DNA from: Octopus sinensis
Lineage: Eukaryota
Assembly (NCBI RefSeq): GCF_006345805.1
Contig: NC_043005.1
Location: 372,001 to 436,000, forward strand
Length of the DNA stretch: 64,000 bases
Direction: 5' to 3'
Positions 1 to 14,860 of this stretch are shown piece by piece (positions within the stretch are counted from its first letter, which is position 1; every line of letters begins with the position of its first letter). The position numbers were made by a program, and so were the translations under genes. The notes below the pieces were generated by a model. It was not told the DNA's origin. It did not search any database and saw only the letters and a list, made by a program, of their open reading frames with translations.

Positions 1-2148
1 ACTGGAAAGGTCGTTTATGTAGATTATGAAGAGTAGCGGACCCAAGACAGTCCCATGGGGGACACTGCTGGTGACTTTTGCTGGGCTTGAGTGGACTCCA
101 TCAACTACAACATGTTGTGTTCTATTCGCCAGGAAATACTTGATCCAGTGTAGAACTTTTCCACGGATTCCAACATTTGCCAATTTTGAGAGTAGGATAT
201 TATGGTCTACCCTGTCGAACGCTTTACTGAAGTCAAGATATATGACATCAGAGTTCGAACCTGTTCCCAAGGCTTTGAGTACATCTTCAATGTGGTGTAA
301 GATCTGTGTTAGACAGTCCCTGCCACAGCGAAAGCCATGCTGATTTGCATTTAGGAGTTTCTGGGTCTCCAGGAAGTCAGCCAACCTTGATCTTAACACT
401 CTTTCAAACACTTTGATGATGTGGGAGGTGAGTGAGATTGGGCGATAGTTGAGTGCGAGGGATATGTTTCCCTGTTTGAAAACCGGGATGACTGACTGGG
501 ATAGAAACTGTTTTGGTATATAACCTGCATCTAACGAATTTCTCCAGAGGTTGGTCAGAGGGACTGCAAGTTGGTGTCTACATTCCTTCAGGAGACTAGC
601 GGGGAATCTATCAGGGCCTACAGCAGAGTAGTATTTGACCTCATTTATTGCTGCTACGATGTCAGTGGGAGTGAAGGTTATGTCTGAGATTTTATGTTGG
701 GAGTCAACTTCGTTCGCTTCTCTTACGTCAATATCAGTGGGAACACTAAAGACAGAGCAGTATTGTTTCTGCAGTATTTCTGCCATTTCTTTAGCATCGT
801 GTTGGGGGATGCCGTTAGCATCAATTAATGGCCCAATGGGTGAGACAGTGGTTCTATGCTTATTTGCATAGGAATAGAACACTTTTGGGTTCTGTTTGAT
901 GTTTTTGATTACCCACTGTTCCTCCGCAGCTCTTTGGTTTTCAATGGAGGTTTTCATGTCGTTCTGCAGATGAAGTTTTTCCAGCTCTAGCCTTTTCATT
1001 GTTGTTGAACGTGGATGTTGTTTGTGGGAATATTTTAATTGGTTGATTTTTTTGTTAAGTCTTTTGATGCGCCTGATGAGTGTTTTCTTATTTTTAGGGA
1101 GCCGATTTCTGTTTGTGTTAGTAGATTTCGTGGGAGCGTGTTTAGAGCATGTATATGTGACAATGATTTCAAAGTGCTGCCATGCGGTCTCAATATGGGT
1201 GGAATTGAGAGTAAAAGACCAGTCGATGAAAGACAGATCCTTTCTGATTGCTCCCCAGTCTGCTTTGTGGAAGTTTATGTTATCAAATGAGTGCCATGGA
1301 GTGGGATTGGCTGGTTTGGTTTTTATATGTCGGGAATTGAAATTGCAGAGTACCATGTCGTGATCTGAGAGGAGAGTTTTTTCAACTGAAATACTGTGAA
1401 CAAAGCTAGAGTGATTGGTCAATACCAGATCCAAGATCGTTTTATTCTGTCTCGTTGGTTCGAGCACAAGCTGAGTCAGGAAGTATTCATCCATTAGATT
1501 AAAGAGCAGTTCCGCTGCTGCTCTATCTGATGTAGAGCACTTGCCTAACTTTAGAGTATTTGTGGGCCAGTTCACATGAGGGAGGTTAAAATCACCCATC
1601 ACTAGTATGTTTCCGGAGTGGTACTTCCGAAGGAAGGACTTGACTTTGCTAAGGCACTCTTCAAAGCACTTTAAAGGTGCTTGGGGAGGCCTGTAAAGAC
1701 CAACAATGACTATGTCCTTGGCCTTGCTGAATAGTGATACCGATTCACAATAGCCATTGGAAAATATGTCCTTGGCATCAAGTGAGAAGGAGTCATGGAT
1801 AAAGATGGCTGTCCCTCCTTTATTTCGGTTTGTACGATCCGCACGAACAATGGTGAAATCTTTTATTTTCACCTCGGCGTCTATATGGGTGTTGTTCAGG
1901 TGAGTCTCGGTAAGGATAAAGAAAGGGAAGCAATGTGTCGTTTCGGCAAGCCAACTCTCTATATATGGGATCTTCCATTTTTGGGCAATAATTGATGGGT
2001 TGATGCCACGTACATTTAATAGGAATGTCGAGGTAAGTGAAGTTTGATGTTTGCATTGTTCTAAGTTGTTCAGTGGTAACAATGTGGGTAGTTCTTGTAT
2101 GGAGCTGTGTGTGTATGATTTTCTTGTTGGTAGTGGGTGTGTGGTCAC
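1..2148 (-). mobile_element. CR1/L2-like LINE ORF2 (APE endonuclease + RT), open frame running off the window start
   Basis: Manual translation of the minus strand is stop-free from about 2148 to 1: LLNVRG, LTETHL, VGLYRPP, MGDFNLP, LSDHD (APE); NYRPISLTSHIIKVFER, QHGFR, YLDFSKAFD, VPHGTVLGPLLF (RT). It is absent from the ORF track, presumably because no stop lies in the window. Confidence 0.92.
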
Positions 2149-2360
2149 ATTATGGTTACAGTCAATCTTCAGGTTAATTGAAATATTTTAATAATAATCA
2201 GAAATATTATTAAACTAGAAACTTAAAACTTAACAATTGTGATTATATCAAAATCAATTATAATGTTAAATATTAATTTTAATTTATAAGGTAGGAAACC
2301 CACCTATAATTTAATATCGGTAATAGTCTATATCTAATTACATAAATAGTTTTAAAAAAT
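2149..2360. repeat. Arm A of outer inverted repeat (partner 7451-7724)
   Basis: 2149-2360 is the reverse complement of 7451-7724, with a few mismatches and an extra segment of about 55-60 bp in the partner. Confidence 0.9.
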
Positions 2361-4603
<2,243 letters not shown>

Positions 4604-4762
4604 TTTTGTTTTTTTTAGGAATTACGGAGATGTACTCGCATAGCAAGTAATTTGATCTGAGATCGTGTGCTGAAACGAAAACAATTGCAGCGTGGAAGGT
4701 GTTTATAAGCCATTTAAGAAACACACAAAAGCCGTTCGATTCACTTCAACATTTAAGTTTAA

Positions 4763-4812
4763 TTTGTCAAAATATTTTCGTCGCTAAAATCCGCGACCTG
4801 TTCACTGACAAA
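4763..4812 (-). ncRNA. Minimal type I hammerhead-like ribozyme, G3:C8 core variant
   Basis: Reverse complement of the 7321-7370 motif. Confidence 0.65.
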
Positions 4813-4945
4813 GTCCGTGCTGCATCTAAGAAAGTAACAGTTAGTTCGTCATATATATGTACGTATGTATGTGTGTATGTATGCATACATGTGTGTATGT
4901 ATGTACGTATGCATGTACGTACATACGCCTGTGTATGCATGTATG

Positions 4946-4979
<34 letters not shown>

Positions 4980-5175
4980 TGTATATATGTATGTGTGTGT
5001 ATATGCACGCACATACACTCTATAAAACATAAAGCTATAAACCTGTAGCGATGGATGGATGTAGAGTGACCACTCATCACAAAGCTATCAAATTTCAACT
5101 TCCTACGGCCGAAGCTAGAAAGTGATTTACGACGCTTACTCCCAAAACTATACCCTAAAATCTATTATCAGATCT

Positions 5176-6192
5176 CCCTCTAAACACCCCAATAAACGAT
5201 TACCCGTCCTAGATACTGAGCTATGGATGGAAGATGCTATGGTTAATGGTACCATTAAACCCTGTATACTCCACTTACACTATCAGAAACCGATGGCTAA
5301 TCCACTAGTAATCCGTAGTGACTCAGCTATGTCGGATACTGCCAAACTCAACATCCTAGTGGCAGACTTAGTTAGAGTAATGAGGAATGTATCACCACTA
5401 TGCCAACCACAAGAACGACAACAACACATCCAGCACTACATATTCCGAATGCAACGCTCCGGATACACACAAGACGATAGAGTCAGGGTGTACAAAGGAG
5501 CGAAAGCTAGATTCGAACGCATTCTAAGGAACGACGAAAACGGTATATGCCCCCTGTACCGCAACAAGTTCTGGAATAGGTTAGAGAGGGACACCAACAA
5601 AAAGATGAGAAACGTTACTTGGTACGATAAAAGGAGATTTCACGGAGTGATGTTCGTTGACGCCACACCTAAGAACGAGCTAAGTAAGGCATTCAAGAAA
5701 GTCCTGCGCACTACGGGCCTAAAAGTTAAAGTTGTAGAAAAGACAGGTAGGACTATCAAATCGGCATTATGCAGATCATATCCATTTGATAGAATCACCT
5801 GTCAAAGTAATTGTGCAGTATATTCGACAAATCCACATGTAAATTGTAAAACCAAGGGCACTGTATACCAGATTAAGTGCCAGGAGGGAGCTTGCGCGAC
5901 TAACCCAGAGTCATACATAAGTGAGACTTCTAGAAGCATCAATGATAGGTTTAAAAAACACCTGGACAACTACATTGAAAGGAAGCCAAACTCCATCTTC
6001 TACCAACATGCTGTAGACTGCCACAAGGGATCCTTAGGGAAGCTTATGTTGAACATCCTATCAACACATCCCACCGATGCAATGTTGAGACAGGTCACAG
6101 AAGCTGTTTGTATACAAGAATACAAACCTACTCTCAACCGAAAGTCCGAATGGAGTAACATCCAGATCCCATTCAGAAGGACTATTCTATAA
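5176..6192 (+). pseudogene. Penelope-like RT C-terminus + Cys-rich linker + GIY-YIG endonuclease
   Basis: LPVLD (RT end), RSGY..R, PLYR.K.W, C...C...CKTKGTVYQIKC..C..YISETSRS..RF..H, LRQVTEAVCI..KPTLN. The first ~18 aa of the tracked ORF come from the inverted arm. Confidence 0.88.
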
Positions 6193-6361
6193 CCACCCCT
6201 CTATCTCTCTCCCTTTTACCTGTAGTCCTTACATACAGGTTGCAATGCGTATGTGCAGTTATATACAACGGTATGAGCGGACGTTGTTTGATACGTACAG
6301 TTGCACTTAGGCGTTGTATCCATTCACGGTTAGACGATGATGAGAGGAACAAACACACACC

Positions 6362-6456
<95 letters not shown>

Positions 6457-7320
6457 CTATACAAGCATATATGTGAATATGCATACAACCTTCAGCAAAG
6501 TAACAGTCATGTACACAACTTGGACGGACATATGCCAGTACACGGACATACGTTCACATACACATACACATGTACACACTCTCACAGACACGTCTGCCCA
6601 TTCTCCTAGACACTCACATACATACGTAGCACATGAATACAAACATACATACATACCTACGTATGGGCATACACACGTACATACGCACGTACATGTACGC
6701 ACACACATACATGGGCACATGCATACGAGCGCGTATACATACATACGCACATGCGTACGTATGTACATACACACATACATACATACATACATACATACAT
6801 ACATACATACATACATACATACATACATACATACGCACATACATACATACATACGCACAATAGTAAAACAATAGTTCTGTGATATAGAGATAAAGATCTG
6901 ATAATAGATTTTAGGGTATAGTTTTGCGAGTAAGCGTCGTAAATCACTTTCTAGCTTCGGCCGTAGGAAATTGAAATTTGATAGCTTTGTGATGAGTGGT
7001 CACTCTACATCCATCCATCGCTACAGGTTTATAGCTTTATGTTTTATAGAGTGTATGTGCGTGCATATACACACACATACATACATACATACATACATAC
7101 ATACATACATACATACATGCATGCATATACAGGCGTATGTACGTACATGCATACGTACATACATACACACATGTATGCATACATACACACACATGCATAT
7201 ACAGGCGTATGTACGTACATGCATACGTACATACATACACACATGTATGCATACATACACACATACATACGTACATATATATGACGAACTAACTGTTACT
7301 TTCTTAGATGCAGCACGGAC

Positions 7321-7370
7321 TTTGTCAGTGAACAGGTCGCGGATTTTAGCGACGAAAATATTTTGACAAA
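7321..7370 (+). ncRNA. Minimal type I hammerhead-like ribozyme, G3:C8 core variant
   Basis: Stem I TTTGTCA/TGACAAA; core GTGAACA(G); stem II GTCGC/GCGAC; GAAA; palindromic stem III AATATT; predicted cleavage after U7363. Confidence 0.7.
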
Positions 7371-7692
7371 TTAAACTTAAATGTTGAAGTGAATTGAACG
7401 GCTTTTGTGTGTTTCTTAAATGGCTTATAAACACATTCCACGCTGCAATAGTTTTTTTTAAAAACTATTTATGTAATTAGATATAGACAATTACCGATAT
7501 TAAATTATAGGTGGGTTTCCTACCTTATAAATTAAAATTAATATTTAACATTATAATTGATTTTGATACAATCATAATTGTTAAGTTTAAAGTTTCTAGT
7601 GTAATAATAGAGTTTATTATAAGTAAAATTATTATATTATTTATATCTTAAAAATATTGTTTAAATATTTCTGATTATTTTTAACATATTTC

Positions 7693-7792
7693 AATTAACC
7701 TGAAGATTGAGTGTAACCATAATTCGAATTATTAATTGAATTTAAATTATTGTTATTCTAATTGGTACAGCCATGAAACGATCGTAGTGTTT
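7693..7792 (+). ncRNA. Decayed hammerhead-like motif
   Basis: CTGAAGA (7700-7706) ... GAAA-CGATCG-TA (7775-7786); stem II imperfect, stem I poor. Confidence 0.35.
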
Positions 7793-8094
7793 TACTCTTT
7801 ATCTTTTATTAAACTTTTAATAATTTGCAATAAAAAAATAAAATAGTAATAATAAAAAAAAGAAAATTAATTAATTAATTAATTAATAAATAATATATAA
7901 ATATAAAAATATACATACATACATATATATATATATATTTGTATATATATATATAAAATTTATAAGTTTAAATTATTTAAATAAATTTTTTATTTTTAAC
8001 TTTTATATTTTAAAAAAAAAATTTTATGTATTGACTTATGTTCTTCACTGTTTGATTTGCCTAATAGTGGTTCTATCTCTAATTTAATATAATA

Positions 8095-8185
8095 TATATA
8101 TGCATATGTATATATAATATATAAATGTATATACATATATGTATGTATGTATGTATGTATGTATCTACGTACGTATGTATGTATG

Positions 8186-8219
<34 letters not shown>

Positions 8220-8373
8220 TGTATCGGTGCAGGTATGGCTGCGTGGTAAGAAGCTTTATTCTCAAACTCATGGTTGCGGTGTTCAGTCCCACTACAAGGA
8301 ACCATGGGCATATGTCATCTAAAATAACTTCAGGCGATCCAAAACTGTGAATGGGTCTATTATGAGAAGCTCG

Positions 8374-8426
<53 letters not shown>

Positions 8427-8520
8427 CGGGGTGGGAGTGTCTGTCTATCTGTCTCTGTTTAGCTCCACCTCTAATCGATTGATAACTGAAGCTGATGTAT
8501 GTATATATATGTAACGGTGT
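8095..8520 (+). repeat. Copy 1 of local direct duplication (diverged SINE head + microsatellites + unique flank)
   Basis: Near-identical to 13520-14010, including non-consensus SINE bases. Confidence 0.85.
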
Positions 8521-8673
8521 AACCAAGAAAGAGACTTGGCGTCGATTTGTTCGCCTATGTGCGGTGCCTCAGCATGGCCGTAGTCAAGTTACTGAGAAAA
8601 GTAAAAGAATAAAAGAATATATTCACACACGCACAGACACATACACACACACAAACACACACACACACACCCA

Positions 8674-8750
<77 letters not shown>

Positions 8751-8769
8751 GTATATATTTGTATTTCTG

Positions 8770-8975
8770 TCTGTGTGTTTGTCCCCCACCTTCACTTCAG
8801 AACCGGTGTTGCTGTTTCTACTTCCCCGTAACTTAGCGGTTCGGCTAAACAGATCGAGAGAATAAGAACTAGGCCTACAGAGAATAAGTTCTGGGGTCTA
8901 TTTCTTCGTCTAAAAGCAGTGCTCCTGCATGGCCGCAGTCCGTGATTGTAATAACTGAAACACATAAAAAGATTA
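8770..8975 (+). mobile_element. tRNA-derived SINE family 2, tail half
   Basis: cttagcggttcggc...gcagtgctcctgcatggccgcagtc..actgaaac; matches other copies in the window. Confidence 0.7.
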
Positions 8976-10944
8976 CACACACACACACACACATACAATG
9001 GCGTCATTGTTACTGAAATCTTTATATTGATAAACAGGTAAGGAATGTGTGCATACACCCACCCACATGCTATGGCTTCGTTGTTACGGAGATCTTTATA
9101 TTGATAAATCTAGAGATCTCGTTGCATTTGCAAACAGTATAGCTTTCACTAATCAGGAAGGCTAAACTCTAGACTTTGGTCTACGTGTTTTTCAAATCTG
9201 GGCTTCGTTTCCGGCCTAGGGTTATACAATTTCTGCATATTTTCTTTATGAAACTTTACTGCTTTTATTCTTCCCTTTTTTCTTTTTTCTTTTTCGTTTT
9301 GCTCTCTTCTGTTTTCTATTTTTTTCTTTTTAAGTCTCTTATTCTCTTTGTTTTTTTGTTTTTTTTTGTTTTTACCTGACACACACTTAATCGGTTGAAT
9401 GGAACTTCTCACAGCATCTTCCGTTTCACTTTCCGTACCAACTTTCATTCCTGCAATTTATACTATTTCCAGATTAACGTTCTGCTAGAAAACAAAGACG
9501 ATTTCTCAGAAATTCATTGTCTTCAGCTCCCTATCTTCTCAGATTCTCACACATAAACTGCACTGAACTTTATATATTTTCATTGGCTTTCGTAATTTTA
9601 TTCACAGTTCTTATTCACATGAAACCTCTTATGATTCTACCAATAAATATTTATGAAAACCCCTTTTCGTAACGGATGGTTGCGGTCAGCTAAATGTCGT
9701 AATCTCTCCGTTTTGTAATCAAATAGAGGAGATTCAATTCAAGGGAGACATGTTTAAGTTACAAATATTCTTCACTTGCAAATTGTTGCATGGAATCCCT
9801 TCTCGATGACGCGTACCCTAAAACGCATGAATTAAATCAACTCTTCCGTCTTCTTCACTAAACCTTTCACATAACTAAATCTTTCTTGGTGGAATTTGAA
9901 TATTTAAACTGAATATAGGACTAGATATTCATATGAGACGCTTGATAGCTTTCCTCTTTGTAGACAGCGTTGTATAATTAAGGAGCGCAGAATAACTCGG
10001 GCAATACTCCATTCGGTGTGACCTCCTCTCGTAATAGAAGCGTCGGGTGGCTGTCATGATACACGGATAGTCTTGGACATTCAAACCATGCTGGTTCTTG
10101 TGTTTCACGAGCTCTGACAGAAACAGAATCCTTGCAGTGAGGAAGAAAAGGAGGCAGAGAGATGAGAATCGGCACAAAGAAGGGAATTAGTAATTTATCG
10201 ATAATGAAACAGCGAAAGGCATAAGTGGCCTGAGAGATGAGATTCGGACAAGAATGTAGAGAAAAGGAAAGACTACACAAGAAATTCTGTTGCATGCCAA
10301 TCCGATGCCAATGTTTGCTAATAGTAATGGTGCAATGGAACATAACATATATTGGAGTGTTACTAGCATAGCTGGCGTGGGGCGGTTGGTGTGGTCCGCC
10401 AGGGCGGCACTTTTAAAGGAGTCTGTATGCGGCAAACGTAGGGGCCACCCCGGGCGGCACACATTCTAGTTCCGTTAGTGAGCACGGTGTATACGTTTCT
10501 TTTATATAATAGTAATGGAAGCACTTGAGTTTAGAAAGTATCCCGTGCTCCGTGTGGCAGAACTGATCCAAATAAAGCGGTAATTACGAAAGGTCTGTAT
10601 TTCTAGGAACAATGGAGGCAGTTCTGAGAAACTGGCTCCGAAATATCGTTTGCCGTGTGTTGGGAGAAACTGTTGGAAAGTTTCGACTCACTCGCATAGG
10701 AAAGAATTTACGTGAAAGAAGCGCAACTATTTGTATAGACATAAGAATCAATAATAATTTATAAGCTAGGCAAAGAATGCCTACAGAAATAAACACACAT
10801 GGGGAGCGCCCTGTATTGAGCCTCTTTATGTCGAAGCATCTGCAGACGTATGACAAGTGGTGAAACATCATTTCACTATGGCAATATGAAATAGAAATAT
10901 TTATCGACTTCCTACACACTCAGTAATAAGATTCATGCTCTCAG

Positions 10945-13480
10945 GAACGACTCATTGCAAACAAACACAGGTGGAGTCACCTGCTCTACCCCACCAATGC
11001 CCTAGTCATGGAACAAGTTGTACTCAGACCAACTAGGGAAAATAACATTTTGGATCTCTGCTTCACAAACAATATAGACATCATTCATGATGTGAAAGTA
11101 ACGCCGACATTAGTCTCGGATCACAACATAATAGAGCTTTCTATGTTTGGGCCGAAAGTAGCCAGAGGCATACAGCCAAAAGGAAGCACCCGAAATCTCT
11201 CCAATCGGAACTTCCACAAAGTGAACTGGAAACCGATCCAAAAAGAGATCCGCAGACAGGACTGTCCGAAATGTCTCTCCTCACCAGACGTTGGCATGAA
11301 ACTAGAATATTTCATGTCTGTTATGCAAGCCATATGCCAGAAATATGTTCCAGAGCACAAGGCCACAACAAATAGGAACAAGATTCCAAGGGAGAGGAAG
11401 ATTCTCATGAGACGACGGACGAAGGTTGCAAATCGCCTCAACCAACATGCAAAAAGTAGTGAAAGGTCCCGCCTAAAAACAACACTGATGTAGATTGCAA
11501 AAAGCTTGCAACAATTTTATGAGAGGGATAGAGTAGACAATGAAGCCTTGGTTAGTAAAAACATTAAGTGAAATCCAAAGGCCTTCTTTCATTACGCCAC
11601 AGAGACAGCATCAATACACCGCAAGATAGGATCCCTCTTCCTAAAGGATGGCACCCTCACAGATAGTCCAACCAGGAACAGTGAGGTACTGAATGACCAA
11701 TTCAAAAGTGTCTTTATCACTCCGTTGGGACACAGACAAGTGAATTAACCGGTGGACTTTTTTTGCCGCCTCACCTATAACCAGCGAGGCAATTACGATG
11801 GAATACATCGACATTAGCGAAGAAGATTTACTAACCATAGATGAAGTGGACGCAAACTCAACGGATGGTCCTGATGGTTTACCAGCAATCCTCCTCAAAT
11901 CGTGTAAGCATACCCTGGCAAAACCCCTCCAGATTTTCTTCCAGAGCTTTCTTGCAAATGGCAGACTGCCAAGCAAGCTGAAGGAGGTAATAATATTCCC
12001 AGTCAACAAAGGAAGCAGAGCAGATGCCAAAAACTATTGGCATATCTCTCTGACTTCACACATCAGCAAAGTCATGGAACGGATCGTCAGAGGGAACCCA
12101 ATTGCATACCTTGAAGAAAATGATTTATTGAGTGATACCCAGCATGACTTTCGAACAGGTAGGAGCTGCCTGACCCAGCTCTTACAACATTATGACTTGG
12201 TGTTGAGGCGGTTACTCAACAACTCAAATGTGGACGTAACATACCTTGATTTTGCAAAAGCTGTTGATTAGTGTATGATGTGCCACAAACTGCGATTTCT
12301 CGACATAGCTGGAATACTTGTAGAGTGGTTACATGACTTTCTGAAAGATAGAAGTCAGGAAGTAGTGGCCAATAGCGCCTCCTCAACGAAAACACAAATA
12401 GTGAGTGGTGTTCTACAGGCACTGTTTTGGAACCCCGGTTTTTCATAGTGGCCCTCTTAGATATGCCCTCAACTGCCCGGATAGCTACCCTTGCTAGCTA
12501 CGCAGACGATACGAATGTCTCGAAGCAAATACAGATGCCCAGCAATGTTGCCCACCTGCAGCAGGAGATGCACTCAATTTACAGATGGGCTGAGGATAAT
12601 AATATGCAGTTAAATGCTGAAAAATTCCAAGCCCTGCGCTACCAGCGTCCAAAACTGAATATGGAACTTACAGGGTACACTGTTCCACAGGGAATTTCAA
12701 TCCTAGAGCCTAAGTCAATGAAGGACCTGGGTATCGACATTTGTGATGATACCGCTTTTCAAGTGCACATTACCAGGATGGTGACAAAGTGCAGACGACT
12801 GACTCGATGGATCCTGAGAATATTCAGAACGAGCGAGAAGGAAACCATGATGGTCCTCTGGGGGACATTCTTCTCCAGCTGCATGGATTACTGCTTCCAG
12901 CTATGGTCACCCAATAGTGTAAAATTAACAGCGGACCTTGAAGCATTCCAGCGAAGCTTCACAAAGAAGATCGTCTCTTTGCAACAGCTCAGCTACTTGG
13001 AAAGGCTGCAAAAGCTAAGACTCTACTCCCTGAAGCTAAGGCGGGTGAGGTGTGCAGTAATATATACATCTAGAAGATCCTGGAAGGAATTGTGCCAAAT
13101 TTTGGCATTGGAAGCTACATCAATGCAAGGAACGGATCGACAATGTACAGTGCCAAATATCCCAGCAATGCCATCGCGCTTCAGGACCAGTTACTGCAAC
13201 AACCTGTGTTTCGGGGGCCCACACCTTGTTTAATATTCTCCAAAGAACCTGAGGAATCTGCAATAAGAAGATGTAGGCGTTTTGCAATCAAAGCTGGACG
13301 TCTTCCTCTCGAGATTCCCAGATGAACGTACCTCTAGGCATGAGGTGCAAATAAGGGCAGCTATATCAAACTCCATTCTACACCAAGTGGCATATATTAG
13401 AGGAGGATCTCAGTAATCAGTGTAGCAAAACAGCGGTGCTCCAACATGGCCACAGCAATGAGCTGAAATTATAAAAATGT
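10945..13480 (+). mobile_element. CR1-like LINE, 5'-truncated, with frameshifts and stops
   Basis: PTRENNILDL, SDHN; NYWHISLTSH, YLDFAKA, SYADD, FQRSFTKKI; 3' tail gcggtgctccaacatggccacagc..ctgaaa. Confidence 0.9.
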
Positions 13481-13519
13481 ATGTACATATTATATATATA
13501 TATATGTGTATGTATATAT

Positions 13520-13560
13520 ATATATATGCATATGTATATATAATATATATATGTATATAC

Positions 13561-13593
<33 letters not shown>

Positions 13594-13867
13594 CGTATGT
13601 ATGTATGTATGTACGTATGTATGTATGTATGTATGTATGTAAGTATGTATGTATGTATGTAAGTATGTATGTATGTATGTATGTATGTATGTATGAATGT
13701 ATGTATGTATGTATGTTTCGGAGCAGGTATGGCTGCGTGGTAAGAAGCTTTATTCTCAAACTCGTGGTTGCGGTGTTCAGTCCCACTACAAGGAACCATG
13801 GGGATATGTCATCTAAAATAACTTCAGGCGATCCAAAACTGTGAATGGGTCTATTATGAGAAGCTCG

Positions 13868-13917
<50 letters not shown>

Positions 13918-14010
13918 GCGGGGGGTGCCTGTCTATCTGCCTCTATTTATCTGCACCTCTCATCGATTGATAACTGAAGCTGAGGTATGTATATATATGT
14001 AACGGTGTAT
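13520..14010 (+). repeat. Copy 2 of local direct duplication
   Basis: See 8095-8520. Confidence 0.85.
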
Positions 14011-14164
14011 TTTGTGCCGATAAAGTTTTTAGTTGAAGTCGACAGTCACCAATTGTAACAGCGTATTTTGAATTTTGGTGTGGTCACCTATATTATTGAT
14101 GATGAAATGTTTGAGTCACCAATTGTAACGGCAGAATTTGTATTTTTTATATTTTATTTTATTT

Positions 14165-14860
14165 AGTTTCAGCTCACAAGCGGTGGCCATGCTGGAGCAC
14201 CGCTATTTGGTGTTGCTACATGATTTTACTTCACGAATGCTTTTTAGCAAATGCCTTCTGGTGCTTGAGAGAGTTTGATGCAGCTGCCCTCATCTGCACC
14301 TCCTGCCGTGAAGTTGGTTCATCTGGGACACCTGACAAGAAGAGATCCAGTTTTATTTTAAAGACATCTGCATCCACCCCATGCAGGTCTCTTATGTTCT
14401 TTGGGAGGATATTGAAGAGCTGTGGGCCTCGGAAGCCCAGGCTGTCACAGTATCTTGTCCTACATCTTGATGGCAAATTTGGAGTCCTAGGCACTATGCA
14501 GTGGCGCCCAGTTCTAGCATTTGTGTAACTCTCGATGCCAAAGTTTGGAACAAGTCCTTCTACAATCTTCCAGATGTATTTTATGGCATATCTTTCTCGC
14601 CTACGCTCTAAGGAATAGAGTCTCAATATCTTGAGTCTTTCCCAATAGCTCATATGCTGCACAGAGGCTATCTTCTTCGTGTAGCTTCGTTGGGTCGCCT
14701 CAAGTTCTGTGATTAACTTGACACTGGATGGTGACCATAGCTGAGAGCAATAGTCAAAGTGGCTTAGGACAAGTGTCCTTCAGAGGACTATCATGGTTTC
14801 CTGGTCTCTTGTTCTAAAGGTTCTAAGAATCCTTCCGGTCAGTCGCCTACATTTCATTGC
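14165..14860 (-). mobile_element. CR1-like LINE 3' fragment
   Basis: SYWERLKILRLYSLERRRERY...FNILPKNIRD...FKIKLDLFL..VPDEP; same family as 10945-13480. Confidence 0.9.

Larger units (their letters stand above)
4620..7450 (+). mobile_element. 5'-truncated Penelope-like element with an inverted pseudo-LTR pair (4684-5175 / 6894-7450)
   Basis: Long inverted arms flank an RT-thumb + GIY-YIG ORF, and each arm carries a hammerhead-like fold. Confidence 0.85.

Noticed and set aside
5122-5175. Apparent N-terminus MIYDAYSQNYTLKSIIRS of the PLE ORF
   Set aside because: It lies in the inverted arm and is mirrored at 6894-6947; the frame fusion is accidental.
9450-10940. Possible hAT or LINE relics here and at 15000-16660 and 17480-18100
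   Set aside because: Only vague motif hints; too decayed to assign without a library search.
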